Below, one piece after another: positions 24,418 to 32,254 of a DNA stretch of 37,175 nucleotides. Location of the stretch: contig QXXE01000040.1 of the NCBI GenBank assembly GCA_009911355.1, positions 1 to 37,175 on the forward strand. Direction: 5' to 3'. Each line of letters begins with the position of its first letter. Within the stretch, counting starts at the first letter, position 1. The position numbers and the translations under genes are program-made. Origin of the DNA: Clostridiaceae bacterium (GTDB lineage: Bacteria > Bacillota > Clostridia > Oscillospirales > Butyricicoccaceae). The notes below the pieces were generated by a model. The model was not told the origin of the DNA. It did not search any database and saw only the letters and a list, made by a program, of their open reading frames with translations.

Positions 24418-24510
24418 TTTGCCGCTCCTTTCCGCCTGTTTTGGATAGGTTGCGCGGATTTTTGTGCGGTTATCCCGCGAAATTCTGACAGGCGCGGCAA
24501 TTTTTTCTGC

Positions 24511-24690
24511 GTCCGTCTGCGCGGGGGCGGCAGGGCGCCGCCCTGCACCCGGCCCTCCGCGGGCAGCGCCAAAGGGGCTGGCCCCTTTGGAATCCCTTCC
24601 ATCGCCTGCGGGCGGGACGAGGGGGCGGTGGATGCGCGGGGGGAGTCTGGCTGCTGCCAGTTCCGGCCTCCCCTTTACAGACAGGCTTTC
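24511..24690. repeat. short/medium-form repeat ('cgccaaaggggctggcccctttggaatcccttccatcgcctgcgggcgggacgagggggc')
   Basis: Family core. Lies between the divergent SDR and DUF4317-like genes. Confidence 0.7.
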
Positions 24691-24720
24691 GGGGTATATA
24701 CTGAAAAGGCCGAAAAAACG

Positions 24721-24748
24721 CTTGCCCGGATACGGCAGGATTTGGTAT
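24721..24748 (+). promoter_or_regulatory. candidate promoter TTGCCC-18-(TGg)TATACT (extended -10)
   Basis: 'tttggtatact' lies about 50 nt upstream of the 24798 start. Confidence 0.4.
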
Positions 24749-24797
24749 ACTATAGAAAAACACGCTTACCGGGTGCATGCTCGGGGAAAGGGACATC

Positions 24798-26321
24798 ATG
24801 ATGAGAATTACAAAGCGCGACGTGCAGGAGCTTCGCAAACGCCTGACCAAAAAAGGCTGCACCTTTGACCGGGTCACTGGCTTTTATATTAACAGCGGCA
24901 GGGAGGTTGTGCTGAGGTTCAGCGAATCCTTTGCGAATCTTCCGGAGGAGGAATTTTTTAAGTATCTGGAAATCGCGAAAAAGGTCTTTTCCGGCACGCC
25001 CGGTAAAAACCTGCTCGAGCTCAGCTTTTCGGATACCGACGAGGGGCGCGCACAGCAGGAATTCCTGCGCACGCTGCGCTCGGATAAGGACTGCACGGAC
25101 GAGCTCATCGATCATTTTTACGATCTGATTATGGAGCATTACCATGCCGAGGGCAGTTATCTTGCGCTGCTGTTCCATGATATTTATGACGTGCCTGTGC
25201 GTACCAAGGACCGCCAGAAGCTGGATGACTCGGAAGAGGTTTACGAGTATATTGTCTGCGCGCTGTGCCCGGTTGACCTGTCCAAGCCCGCGCTTGGCTA
25301 CCGCGAGGAGGAAAACCGCATCGGCGCGCGTGAGCGCGACTGGGTGGTCGGGATGCCCGAGGTCGGCTTTGTTTATCCTGCGTTCATTGACCGGGGCGCG
25401 GACGTGAACGCCGTCATGTATTACGCCAAGAGCGACTCCCACCCGGAGCTTATTGAGGGGCTGCTTGCCTGCGGCGCATGCCGCACCGCCGCTGAGGAAA
25501 AGCTGATGTTTGAAGACGTTATCAATGACGCGTTTGGGGATATGCAGGAGCAGGCGGAAAATACATACCTGTTCATCCAGCGCAACCTTGACGGGCTGGT
25601 TGCCATCCGCGAGGACACCGAGGAGGGCAGCGGCGATTTCGCGCTGACGGCAGAGGATGTTGCCGATGTGATCGCGGATATCGAAATGCCCGACCTTGTG
25701 CGCGAGTCCATTATAGAGGGCTGCGCCGAGATGTTCGGCGGGGATCTGCCGTCGGCGAGCCACCTTGTGGACGCGAAGCTGGCTGCGGAGGGCGAGCGCC
25801 GCGCACAGATCCTGACCCTGCAAAGGAAGATCACCGCGCTCGAGGAACAGCTGGACGAAGCGCGCGGGCTCACCACAGCAGACGCAGAGCCTGCGGAGCC
25901 CCTGGAAAACAGCGCCGAAGGCGCTGCCGTAGCGCCCAGGAAGAAGCTCGAACTGCGTTTGCCAGGCGCGCGGCGGGAATCTGTGCGCGCAGCAGTCATT
26001 GACGGGAAGCGCTGCCTGGTTATCCCGATGGAGGACGGCGAGACAGCCAGCGTGAACGGCGACACGCTGCCGCTTTGGGAGGACGGCGGGCAAGCCGATG
26101 ACGCGGCTATGGAGCCCGAAGCGGTTGCAGCGCCCGCAGAAACGGCTACGGAACCCGAAGCAGGTGCAGCGTCCGCGGAAACGGCTTTGGAGCCCGAAGC
26201 GGTTGCAGCGCCCGCGGAAACGGCTATGGAGCCCGAAGAAGTTGCAGCATCCGGGGAAACCGCTGCTGTAGAAGATGCAGCGGCGCTGACCGAAGCTGCT
26301 GACGTGCCGCAAGCCGATTAA
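24798..26321 (+). CDS. conserved Firmicutes hypothetical protein (DUF4317-like by recall) with C-terminal tandem peptide repeats
   Basis: 507 aa. N-terminal 'ITKRDVQELRKRLTKKGCTFDRVTGFYIN'. C-terminal 4 x 'EPEAVAAPAETAT'. Family name is from memory, not a search. Confidence 0.55.
   Translation: MMRITKRDVQELRKRLTKKGCTFDRVTGFYINSGREVVLRFSESFANLPEEEFFKYLEIAKKVFSGTPGKNLLELSFSDTDEGRAQQEFLRTLRSDKDCTDELIDHFYDLIMEHYHAEGSYLALLFHDIYDVPVRTKDRQKLDDSEEVYEYIVCALCPVDLSKPALGYREEENRIGARERDWVVGMPEVGFVYPAFIDRGADVNAVMYYAKSDSHPELIEGLLACGACRTAAEEKLMFEDVINDAFGDMQEQAENTYLFIQRNLDGLVAIREDTEEGSGDFALTAEDVADVIADIEMPDLVRESIIEGCAEMFGGDLPSASHLVDAKLAAEGERRAQILTLQRKITALEEQLDEARGLTTADAEPAEPLENSAEGAAVAPRKKLELRLPGARRESVRAAVIDGKRCLVIPMEDGETASVNGDTLPLWEDGGQADDAAMEPEAVAAPAETATEPEAGAASAETALEPEAVAAPAETAMEPEEVAASGETAAVEDAAALTEAADVPQAD
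26101..26260 (+). repeat. 4 x 39-bp in-frame tandem repeat ('gagcccgaagcggttgcagcgcccgcagaaacggctacg')
   Basis: Directly visible in the sequence. Encodes the 13-aa repeats at the C-terminus of the 24798 gene. Confidence 0.8.
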
Positions 26322-26329
26322 CATAGAGG

Positions 26330-26510
26330 CCGAAAGACTGCGTCCCGCAGCGCCCGGTGAGGCGCTGCGGGGCGTGCACGCCTGCCGATGAATGCAGATG
26401 TGTTGAGAAAGCCGCCGGGATATCAAAAGCGGATTTCAGATAGGGTTAAAAGACTGCGCCCGGCAGTGCTCGGCGAGACGCTGCGGGCCGTGTATGCCTG
26501 TAAAGGAAGA
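26330..26510 (+). repeat. two copies about 113 bp apart of a 52-nt hairpin-forming motif 'aaagactgcg(t/c)cc.gcag.gc.cgg.gag.cgctgcggg.cgtg.a.gcctg'
   Basis: Copy 1 at 26337-26390 contains the perfect 10-bp stem 'ccgcagcgcc/ggcgctgcgg'. Copy 2 at 26448-26500 lies just 5' of the next gene's RBS. Confidence 0.5.
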
Positions 26511-26523
26511 AAAGGAGGCTGCT

Positions 26524-26877
26524 ATGCTGGTCGACAGCTACAAATATGAAGATGAAATCATTGTCTGCTTGAATGTTGAAGAGCCTGAAATGATGGAAAT
26601 TGGTGCGAAGATGGAGGAAATTAACCCAGAAGCCTATATGAATGGCTATAACTGGGACGCGTTTTTAACGCATTATTTTCGCCTGCACGCGCCCGATCTT
26701 CTGGAAGGGCTTGACCCTGACCCCGAGGCGGGGTCGTATGTCGGGCACTATGAAATGACCGCCGAAAACAGGAAAAAAGCTGAAAAATTTGTTGAAACCG
26801 TAACAAAGCTGCTTGAAAACGAGAATGAAATCTATCGGTTCCTTTGTGAAGAGGGCGATCGGATCGATTGGGACTGA
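26524..26877 (+). CDS. small acidic hypothetical protein (117 aa)
   Basis: Strong RBS aaaaggagg. Lower-GC codon usage. No family recognised with confidence. Confidence 0.5.
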   Translation: MLVDSYKYEDEIIVCLNVEEPEMMEIGAKMEEINPEAYMNGYNWDAFLTHYFRLHAPDLLEGLDPDPEAGSYVGHYEMTAENRKKAEKFVETVTKLLENENEIYRFLCEEGDRIDWD

Positions 26878-27032
26878 AGCCCCCTTGGGTGCGCGGAGGG
26901 GGCGCAGCGCCGGGCGACAACAGCCTGGGAGCAGATGCCGAAAGCGGGAAATGAAGCTGAAAAAGGGATACCGAGCGGTTCCTGCGATACCTGGAACCGG
27001 TTCAAGTAAGTGATTTGTGAGGAAGGATGCAA

Positions 27033-27674
27033 ATGGGACAGTACGTGGATGCAGGGAAAACCCAGCCTAAAAAGAGCATTTGGCTATTCGGCATGGTAAT
27101 TGCTGTTTTCCTGATCATTCAATTCGATGCAGCTGCTTCTGTCATATCAAACCAGATCTTATCTATGGGAAGTACGCTGGTTGTCTGGGGTGCAGGTGCA
27201 GCTGTTATCTGGATCAAGCTGAAAAAGAAAAACTTAGAAAGTGCGCTTTATAGCAGTGTTGCTTTTTCCCGTGCAGATGCGATGATTCTTTTCTTTGCCA
27301 TTGCGTGCGGCGCCGCAATGGCCCTCGGCAATTTTTTATATGCGGGGCTCAAGCCGCTGTTTGTCAGAGAGCTTTTGACGGGTTATCCATTGTATAATAT
27401 CCGAAATATCATTTATTACCCGCTGGAAGTATTGCTGATGTTGGAGCTTCTGATTTGTTCACAGAAAGCGGGGGAGGTTTTTATCAAAGAAGCCCTTCAG
27501 TGGGGAGCGTTTGCGCTGTTTTTGCTGTGGGGATTACCGCATATCTTGTGGCATGGGCTTGCGGATGGCATTGTATCTGCATGCAGGGCGTTTATCTACG
27601 CGGCCCCCTTTTATGCTTCGGGGAAAAAGGTTCAAACGAGCTATATCAGTATGCTGATATTATGGTTTCTGTGA
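27033..27674 (+). CDS. polytopic membrane protein, about 6 TM (weakly CPBP-like)
   Basis: gaggaagg RBS. Hydrophobic segments. 'WHGLAD' is a possible HxxxD. Confidence 0.45.
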   Translation: MGQYVDAGKTQPKKSIWLFGMVIAVFLIIQFDAAASVISNQILSMGSTLVVWGAGAAVIWIKLKKKNLESALYSSVAFSRADAMILFFAIACGAAMALGNFLYAGLKPLFVRELLTGYPLYNIRNIIYYPLEVLLMLELLICSQKAGEVFIKEALQWGAFALFLLWGLPHILWHGLADGIVSACRAFIYAAPFYASGKKVQTSYISMLILWFL

Positions 27675-27696
27675 AAACGCGGGTGGCCAGTGCGAA

Positions 27697-28161
27697 ATGA
27701 TAGAGAATAGGAACGTGACAATCATTGCGGTAGAGGACAGGACCGCGCGGCTGGAAGAACAATTATTGAAGGTGTGGGAAAGCCCGGTAAAGGCAACGCA
27801 CAGTTTTCTGTCAGAGGACGAAATGGCAGACATTAAAAAATACGTCCCGCGGGCTTTAAAAGAAATCCCCTGTTTGGTGATTGCGGAAGATGAAAATCAA
27901 ATTCCGGTTGGTTTTATGGGCATTGCGGGGCAGCATCTTGAGATGCTCTTTATCGCTGCGGAGGAGCGGGGGAAAGGAATCGGCAAAGAACTGCTTGCAT
28001 ACGGGATAGACAGATATTCGGTACGTGACTTAGCGGTTAATGAACAAAACCCCCTTGCAAAAGGCTTTTATGCGCACATGGGATTCCGTGCTTATCGGAG
28101 GACGGAGCGCGACGAGCAGGGAAATCCATATCCGCTTTTATATATGCGGCTGGGTGGATAG
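27697..28161 (+). CDS. GNAT-family N-acetyltransferase
   Basis: 154 aa. 'LFIAAEERGKGIGKELL' is the acetyl-CoA-binding R/Q-x-x-G-x-G/A motif. Confidence 0.7.
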   Translation: MIENRNVTIIAVEDRTARLEEQLLKVWESPVKATHSFLSEDEMADIKKYVPRALKEIPCLVIAEDENQIPVGFMGIAGQHLEMLFIAAEERGKGIGKELLAYGIDRYSVRDLAVNEQNPLAKGFYAHMGFRAYRRTERDEQGNPYPLLYMRLGG

Positions 28162-28231
28162 CTTTTCGCATGCCACGATTGCTTCTGGCGAAGCAGTTTG
28201 ATGAATTATTTTGGCCGGAAAGGACGGTTTT

Positions 28232-28654
28232 ATGCAGTATCAGGACAAATCCGGGATGTTTGCTGATTTTAATTTCAAGCTTGTCGTGATCAACAGCATA
28301 CTAGACAAGCAGCCCAGCTTTGAAGCGTCCCTGGCGGAAAGGAAAAAGCGGTATGTGGAACCCTATGAATGGTACAAAAACGACGAAATAATCCCGGAAA
28401 TGGCGGAATTTTTCGCGGAACTGACGCTGACAGAGGAAGACTTGGCGCAGTGTACCCATCTGGTGTTCGACGGCGGCAGCGATATTTACTTCCTGCTCAA
28501 GCCGGACTGGGACGGGGAGCTGGAGATTTTCGACGTGAGGAGCCTTGCGGGGGTGGAGCGGCTGCGGAATTTGCGGTCGGTAGATTGGACTTCCATGTGT
28601 GAGCCCGCGCTGCTTGCGCCGCTCCGTGACAGCGGCATTGAGGTCAAGGACTGA
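28232..28654 (+). CDS. small acidic hypothetical protein (140 aa)
   Basis: ATG after 'ggaaaggacgg'. No family recognised. Confidence 0.45.
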   Translation: MQYQDKSGMFADFNFKLVVINSILDKQPSFEASLAERKKRYVEPYEWYKNDEIIPEMAEFFAELTLTEEDLAQCTHLVFDGGSDIYFLLKPDWDGELEIFDVRSLAGVERLRNLRSVDWTSMCEPALLAPLRDSGIEVKD

Positions 28655-28751
28655 CAGGCTGTCCACGGCCTGGCCTGACGACGCCCTGTAAGGGAGCGTT
28701 TGCGCTGCCAGGCGAAGCGGGAACCGGCTGACGGGCAAAACGGACGATTAT

Positions 28752-28765
28752 TCGTTTCCGGAAAC
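28752..28765. promoter_or_regulatory. perfect 14-bp palindrome 'cgtttccggaaacg'
   Basis: Lies 105 nt upstream of the zinc-ribbon gene, next to 'ttgcgt-17-taggat'. Confidence 0.3.
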
Positions 28766-28869
28766 GGATTGCAATTTGTGGACTGGTGCAATTGACTTGA
28801 CCGGATTTCGGAATTGCTTGCGTTTTGCATGGATTTGTGATAGGATATGGCTAAAGGGAGGAATTGCAC

Positions 28870-29472
28870 ATGGCAAAAGAAAAAAAGGCAAAAAAAGGCA
28901 AAAAATCACCCAAACTGTGCCCGGAGTGCGGCAGTGAACTGCCGAAGCGTGCGAAAACATGCCCGAGCTGCGGCGCAGAATTAAAAAAGAAAGGCAAGCT
29001 TCGGATTCTGCTGCTGATCGTGGCCGTAGTGGTTGTGTTGGCGGCGGCGGCAGCGGCATTCCTGCTGTTCCGCGGGAGGGCGAACCAGCCGAAGGAGCCT
29101 TCGCTGACTGAGATCAGCACGCAAGCGCCGGCGGCAATTTTTGAAAACCCGGAGGACAGTACGAACCTGGTTGGGCAAAACCTGTACATAGACGGCGAGG
29201 CGGGGACGATTTTACGTCTGTCCGGGCAGGATTGCTGCGAGATTACGACGGAGGACGGTTCATTTGCACTGCTTTCCCGTACTTATACGCCGGTGGAAGA
29301 GTGGGAAAAGCTGGCGGAGAGCGTAAAGCTTCGTGCGTATTTCCGGTATCTGGGGCCGTCTGAGATTTTTGAGATGCCCTCGGGGGCGCTCCTGCTGATA
29401 GAGGTTGCAGAGGAAGAGGAGGAATCTGAGGAAGAGTCTGACGAAGGCTCAGAGGAGGAATCGGACGGTTAA
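28870..29472 (+). CDS. zinc-ribbon (2 x CxxC) single-pass membrane protein with an acidic C-terminal tail
   Basis: 'CPECGSEL....CPSCGAEL', then a poly-Val/Ala TM helix, then 'EEEEESEEESDEGSEEESDG'. agggagg RBS. Confidence 0.6.
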   Translation: MAKEKKAKKGKKSPKLCPECGSELPKRAKTCPSCGAELKKKGKLRILLLIVAVVVVLAAAAAAFLLFRGRANQPKEPSLTEISTQAPAAIFENPEDSTNLVGQNLYIDGEAGTILRLSGQDCCEITTEDGSFALLSRTYTPVEEWEKLAESVKLRAYFRYLGPSEIFEMPSGALLLIEVAEEEEESEEESDEGSEEESDG

Positions 29473-29611
29473 GCCGTAAAGACGACCTGTGATCTGGGAT
29501 TGCAGTCTCCGCGCCGCAGCGGCGGGAACCGGTTGCAAAGGCATGTTGCCGTCGCTGAAAGGGTTTTCGTAAGGGAAGCGGAAGCAGAGCGAAACTGAAA
29601 GTAAGCAAAGA

Positions 29612-29675
29612 AAAGCCGCTGGCGTTATCATGCCAGCGGCTTTTTGTGCGTTTGAGCAGTAATTGGGGGGGGCGA
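29612..29675 (-). repeat. terminal (terminator) module of the repeat element, inverted orientation; left half of a split copy
   Basis: 'aaaagccgctggcgttatcatgccagcggctttttgtgcg..gcagtaattgggggggg' is the reverse complement of the 23396-23445 and 33895-33932 modules. Also serves as terminator of the 28870 gene. Confidence 0.7.
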
Positions 29676-30639
29676 TCCTCTACTTTCGTTAACTTACGAG
29701 CTATGGAAAATTTTAAAAGTCCAGTAATTGATTCATGATCAAATGGCTTTTTGTTTGCAGAAATTTACAAATAACCCAAATCTGCTTTAGATTCAAGCAG
29801 ATTTCTTTGATTTATAGTTTCAAATACTTTTAACAGTTGTTCAGGCCCCCTCAATTTTTCGATATCTCCACCTATACGATTGGTAAGATACAATTTATTC
29901 GGAAATTCAGCTATCAGCTTTTCTTCAAAATTATCACATTGATGCCTTTTTAATATGAATACCCTAGCCGTATCCAGCGCACGGAAAAAATCGATTGAAA
30001 AGGTTGAAGTTTCCACCGCATACATGGGAAATAATGTTCGATCGAACGGTAGAGTAGAAGACCAATGACTCAAAATTCGCCTTTTAATATCCTTTGATTT
30101 TCCAATATACGCTTGCTTATATTTATCTAAAATCATTATGTAATATCCAGATACTCCATCACATTCTGATAAATTTTTTATTTCAAAGAAACGATGCTGT
30201 TTTGTGAACTTTTTAATAACAGAATCAAAATCATCATATTTTAGTTGGCTGAAGTAAATCATATTTAAATCATAATTTTGTAAACAGAGTTTACGGTATT
30301 TTTCGCACCAATCCATATTGTATTCGCTACCATCATCTGTATACGCATTTTTCGCAATAAGGGATTGAAATTTTGGCAGCGATGGCTTTGTGTTGATTAA
30401 TGCAAATTCTTCTCTTATAAGGTTGAATGAATACTTCCTTTTTCTAAGTGTTATGCCCATATGCTCCATAAAGTAAATTCACTCCTTTAATTGTTTGGCA
30501 ATAAGGTCAGCAATTTAAACGGTATGGAAATTTTTGCAAGTTCGGCAAACAATTCATGTTTCGAAATTACGGCAATATTAAATAACTTTAATCCGTTTAA
30601 TATTGATAATAGAGATCTCTCATCTTTTGCCCTGCACCG
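29676..30639. mobile_element. 0.96-kb AT-rich (about 33% GC) insertion carrying a GIY-YIG nuclease gene, splitting a repeat-element copy
   Basis: Repeat element sequence resumes on both sides in collinear, reverse-complemented order (29612-29675 and 30640-30905). Very low GC against a 62% background. Confidence 0.55.
29765..30469 (-). CDS. GIY-YIG nuclease-domain protein with an N-terminal domain of unknown function
   Basis: 234 aa. 'GVSGYYIMILDKYKQAYIGKSKDIKRRILSH' (GIY...YIG...R...H) and a downstream 'E'/'N'. aaaggag RBS. Confidence 0.65.
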   Translation of the reverse strand: MEHMGITLRKRKYSFNLIREEFALINTKPSLPKFQSLIAKNAYTDDGSEYNMDWCEKYRKLCLQNYDLNMIYFSQLKYDDFDSVIKKFTKQHRFFEIKNLSECDGVSGYYIMILDKYKQAYIGKSKDIKRRILSHWSSTLPFDRTLFPMYAVETSTFSIDFFRALDTARVFILKRHQCDNFEEKLIAEFPNKLYLTNRIGGDIEKLRGPEQLLKVFETINQRNLLESKADLGYL

Positions 30640-30905
30640 ACGCAGCCCGCCGCCGTTCTGGCGGGTTGCGTCACAGGGCACGAAGGAGGGGCAACACCCT
30701 AAAACCCCTGTCCCGCCCGCAGGCGACGGAAGGGATTCCAAAGGGGCTAGCCCCTTTGGTGCCGCCCGCGTAGGGCCGGGTGCAGGGCAGAGCCCTGCCG
30801 TCCCGCCCGCAGGCGACGGAAGGGATTCCAAAGGGGCTAGCCCCTTTGGCGCTGCCCGCGCAGGGCCGGGTGCAGGGCAGAGCCCTGCCGTGTGCGCGCC
30901 GCGCA
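30640..30905 (-). repeat. remainder of the split repeat element, inverted, containing a tandem duplication of a 105-bp unit
   Basis: 'cagcccgccgccgttctggcgggttg' is the reverse complement of 'cagcccgccagaacggcggcgggctgg'. Then 2 x 'ccgcaggcgacggaagggattccaaaggggctagcccctttgg.gc.gcccgcg.agggccgggtgcagggcagagccctgccg'. Confidence 0.75.
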
Positions 30906-30919
30906 GCCGACGGAACCCC

Positions 30920-32128
30920 TTAAGCGTCCAGCTGGGACTGCTTGACCAGGCGCTCGGTGTCCTGCGCAATCATCAGCTCCTCGTTCGTCGGGATTACCAG
31001 CACGCGCACCCGCGCCCAGTCAATGCTGATATCCATCTGCCGCCCGCGGAACTTGTTCTTCTCCGGGTCAATCTTAATGCCCAGGTACTCCATGTGCGAG
31101 CATACGTCCCAGCGCACCGAACGGTCGTTTTCACCTACGCCAGCCGTGAAGATAATCGCATCTACACCGCCCATCTCCGCAATGTAAGAGCCAATGATCT
31201 TCTTGACCGAGTTGTCAAACATGTCCTTCGCAAGCTTCGCACGCGCGTTGCCCTCTTCGTTCGCCGCGTCCAGGTCGCGGAAGTCCGACGATACGCCCGA
31301 AATGCCCAGCATACCCGACTTTTTATTCAAAATATTGATAACTTCCTTCGCCGAAAGCCCTTCGTTCTCCGCCAGGAACTCAATGATCGCCGGGTCAATA
31401 TTGCCCGCGCGCGTGCCCATCGGCAGTCCGTCCAGCGGCGTAAAGCCCATCGACGTATCAAACGATTTGCCATTCTTGATCGCCGCAATCGACGACCCGT
31501 TGCCCAAATGGCACGTGATCAGCTTCAGCTCGTCCAGGTCACGCCCCAGCATCTCCGCCGCCTGCTGCGCAACATACTTGTGCGACGTGCCGTGGAAGCC
31601 GTACCTTCTGATCTTATACTTTTCATAGTATTCATACGGGATTGCATACATATAACTGGTCTGCGGCATGGACTGGTGGAACGCCGTGTCGAATACCGCG
31701 ACCATGGGCACATCCTTGCCCATGACCTCCTGGCACGCCCGGATGCCAATCAGGTTGGGCGGGTTGTGCAGCGGCGCAAGCGGCACGCAGTCCTCAATCG
31801 CCTTGATCACCGCCTCCGTAATCAGCACCGAATCCGAGAAGAATTCACCGCCGTGTACCACACGGTGCCCGACCGCGTCGATCTCCTTCATAGAAGAAAT
31901 GACGCCCTGCTCCGGGTCGAGCAGGATGTTGATAACCGCCGAAATCGCTTCCGCATGGGTCGGCATCGGCGTTTTGATCGTCGTCTTGTCCTTGCTGCCC
32001 GTATGCACCAGCACACCATCAATCCCAATGCGCTCGCACAGGCCCTTTGCCATAACCTTCCCGTCGACTGTGTCAATCAGCTGGTATTTCAGCGATGAAC
32101 TGCCAGCATTGATAACCAGAACCTTCAT
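30920..32128 (-). CDS. ackA: acetate kinase
   Basis: '[17 protein letters not shown]', 'VGHRVVHGG' and 'FDTAFHQ' are canonical AckA motifs. Start coordinate is +/-1 nt because of my position reading. Confidence 0.9.
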   Translation of the reverse strand: MKVLVINAGSSSLKYQLIDTVDGKVMAKGLCERIGIDGVLVHTGSKDKTTIKTPMPTHAEAISAVINILLDPEQGVISSMKEIDAVGHRVVHGGEFFSDSVLITEAVIKAIEDCVPLAPLHNPPNLIGIRACQEVMGKDVPMVAVFDTAFHQSMPQTSYMYAIPYEYYEKYKIRRYGFHGTSHKYVAQQAAEMLGRDLDELKLITCHLGNGSSIAAIKNGKSFDTSMGFTPLDGLPMGTRAGNIDPAIIEFLAENEGLSAKEVINILNKKSGMLGISGVSSDFRDLDAANEEGNARAKLAKDMFDNSVKKIIGSYIAEMGGVDAIIFTAGVGENDRSVRWDVCSHMEYLGIKIDPEKNKFRGRQMDISIDWARVRVLVIPTNEELMIAQDTERLVKQSQLDA

Positions 32129-32178
32129 GTAATTTATCTCCTTTTTCATTTTCTGCGGCGGTGCTGCCGCGCACCTAT

Positions 32179-32207
32179 TTGCATTCCATACCGAAAGAGG
32201 GTATAAT
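32179..32207 (+). promoter_or_regulatory. consensus sigma-A promoter TTGCAT-17-TATAAT, rightward toward tmcAL
   Basis: -35 at 32179-32184, -10 at 32202-32207. Confidence 0.6.
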
Positions 32208-32225
32208 AGGTATATCCTGTTTCCC

Positions 32226-32254
32226 ATTATACACGGCTTCGGCAAATAATGCAA
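32226..32254 (-). promoter_or_regulatory. consensus sigma-A promoter TTGCAT-17-TATAAT on the minus strand, leftward toward ackA
   Basis: -35 at 32249-32254, -10 at 32226-32231, about 95 nt upstream of the ackA start. Confidence 0.6.

Noticed and set aside
24750-26426. 558-aa minus-strand ORF
   Set aside because: Antisense to the DUF4317-like gene. No motif, no RBS.
26813-27013. 66-aa ORF overlapping the end of the 26524 gene
   Set aside because: No RBS, overlaps a better-supported gene, and has an Arg/Gly-rich composition.
27033-27674. Calling the 6-TM protein a CPBP/CAAX protease
   Set aside because: Only one of the three signature motifs (HxxxD) is discernible. The EExxxR and FxxxH motifs are not evident, so it is left as a generic membrane protein.
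30700-30905. Possible CRISPR array
   Set aside because: Only two long (105-bp) near-identical direct units, with no short unique spacers and no cas genes. It is an internal duplication of the repeat family.
30491-32098. 535-aa plus-strand ORF
   Set aside because: Antisense to acetate kinase. Its 5' part is simply the repeat element translated.
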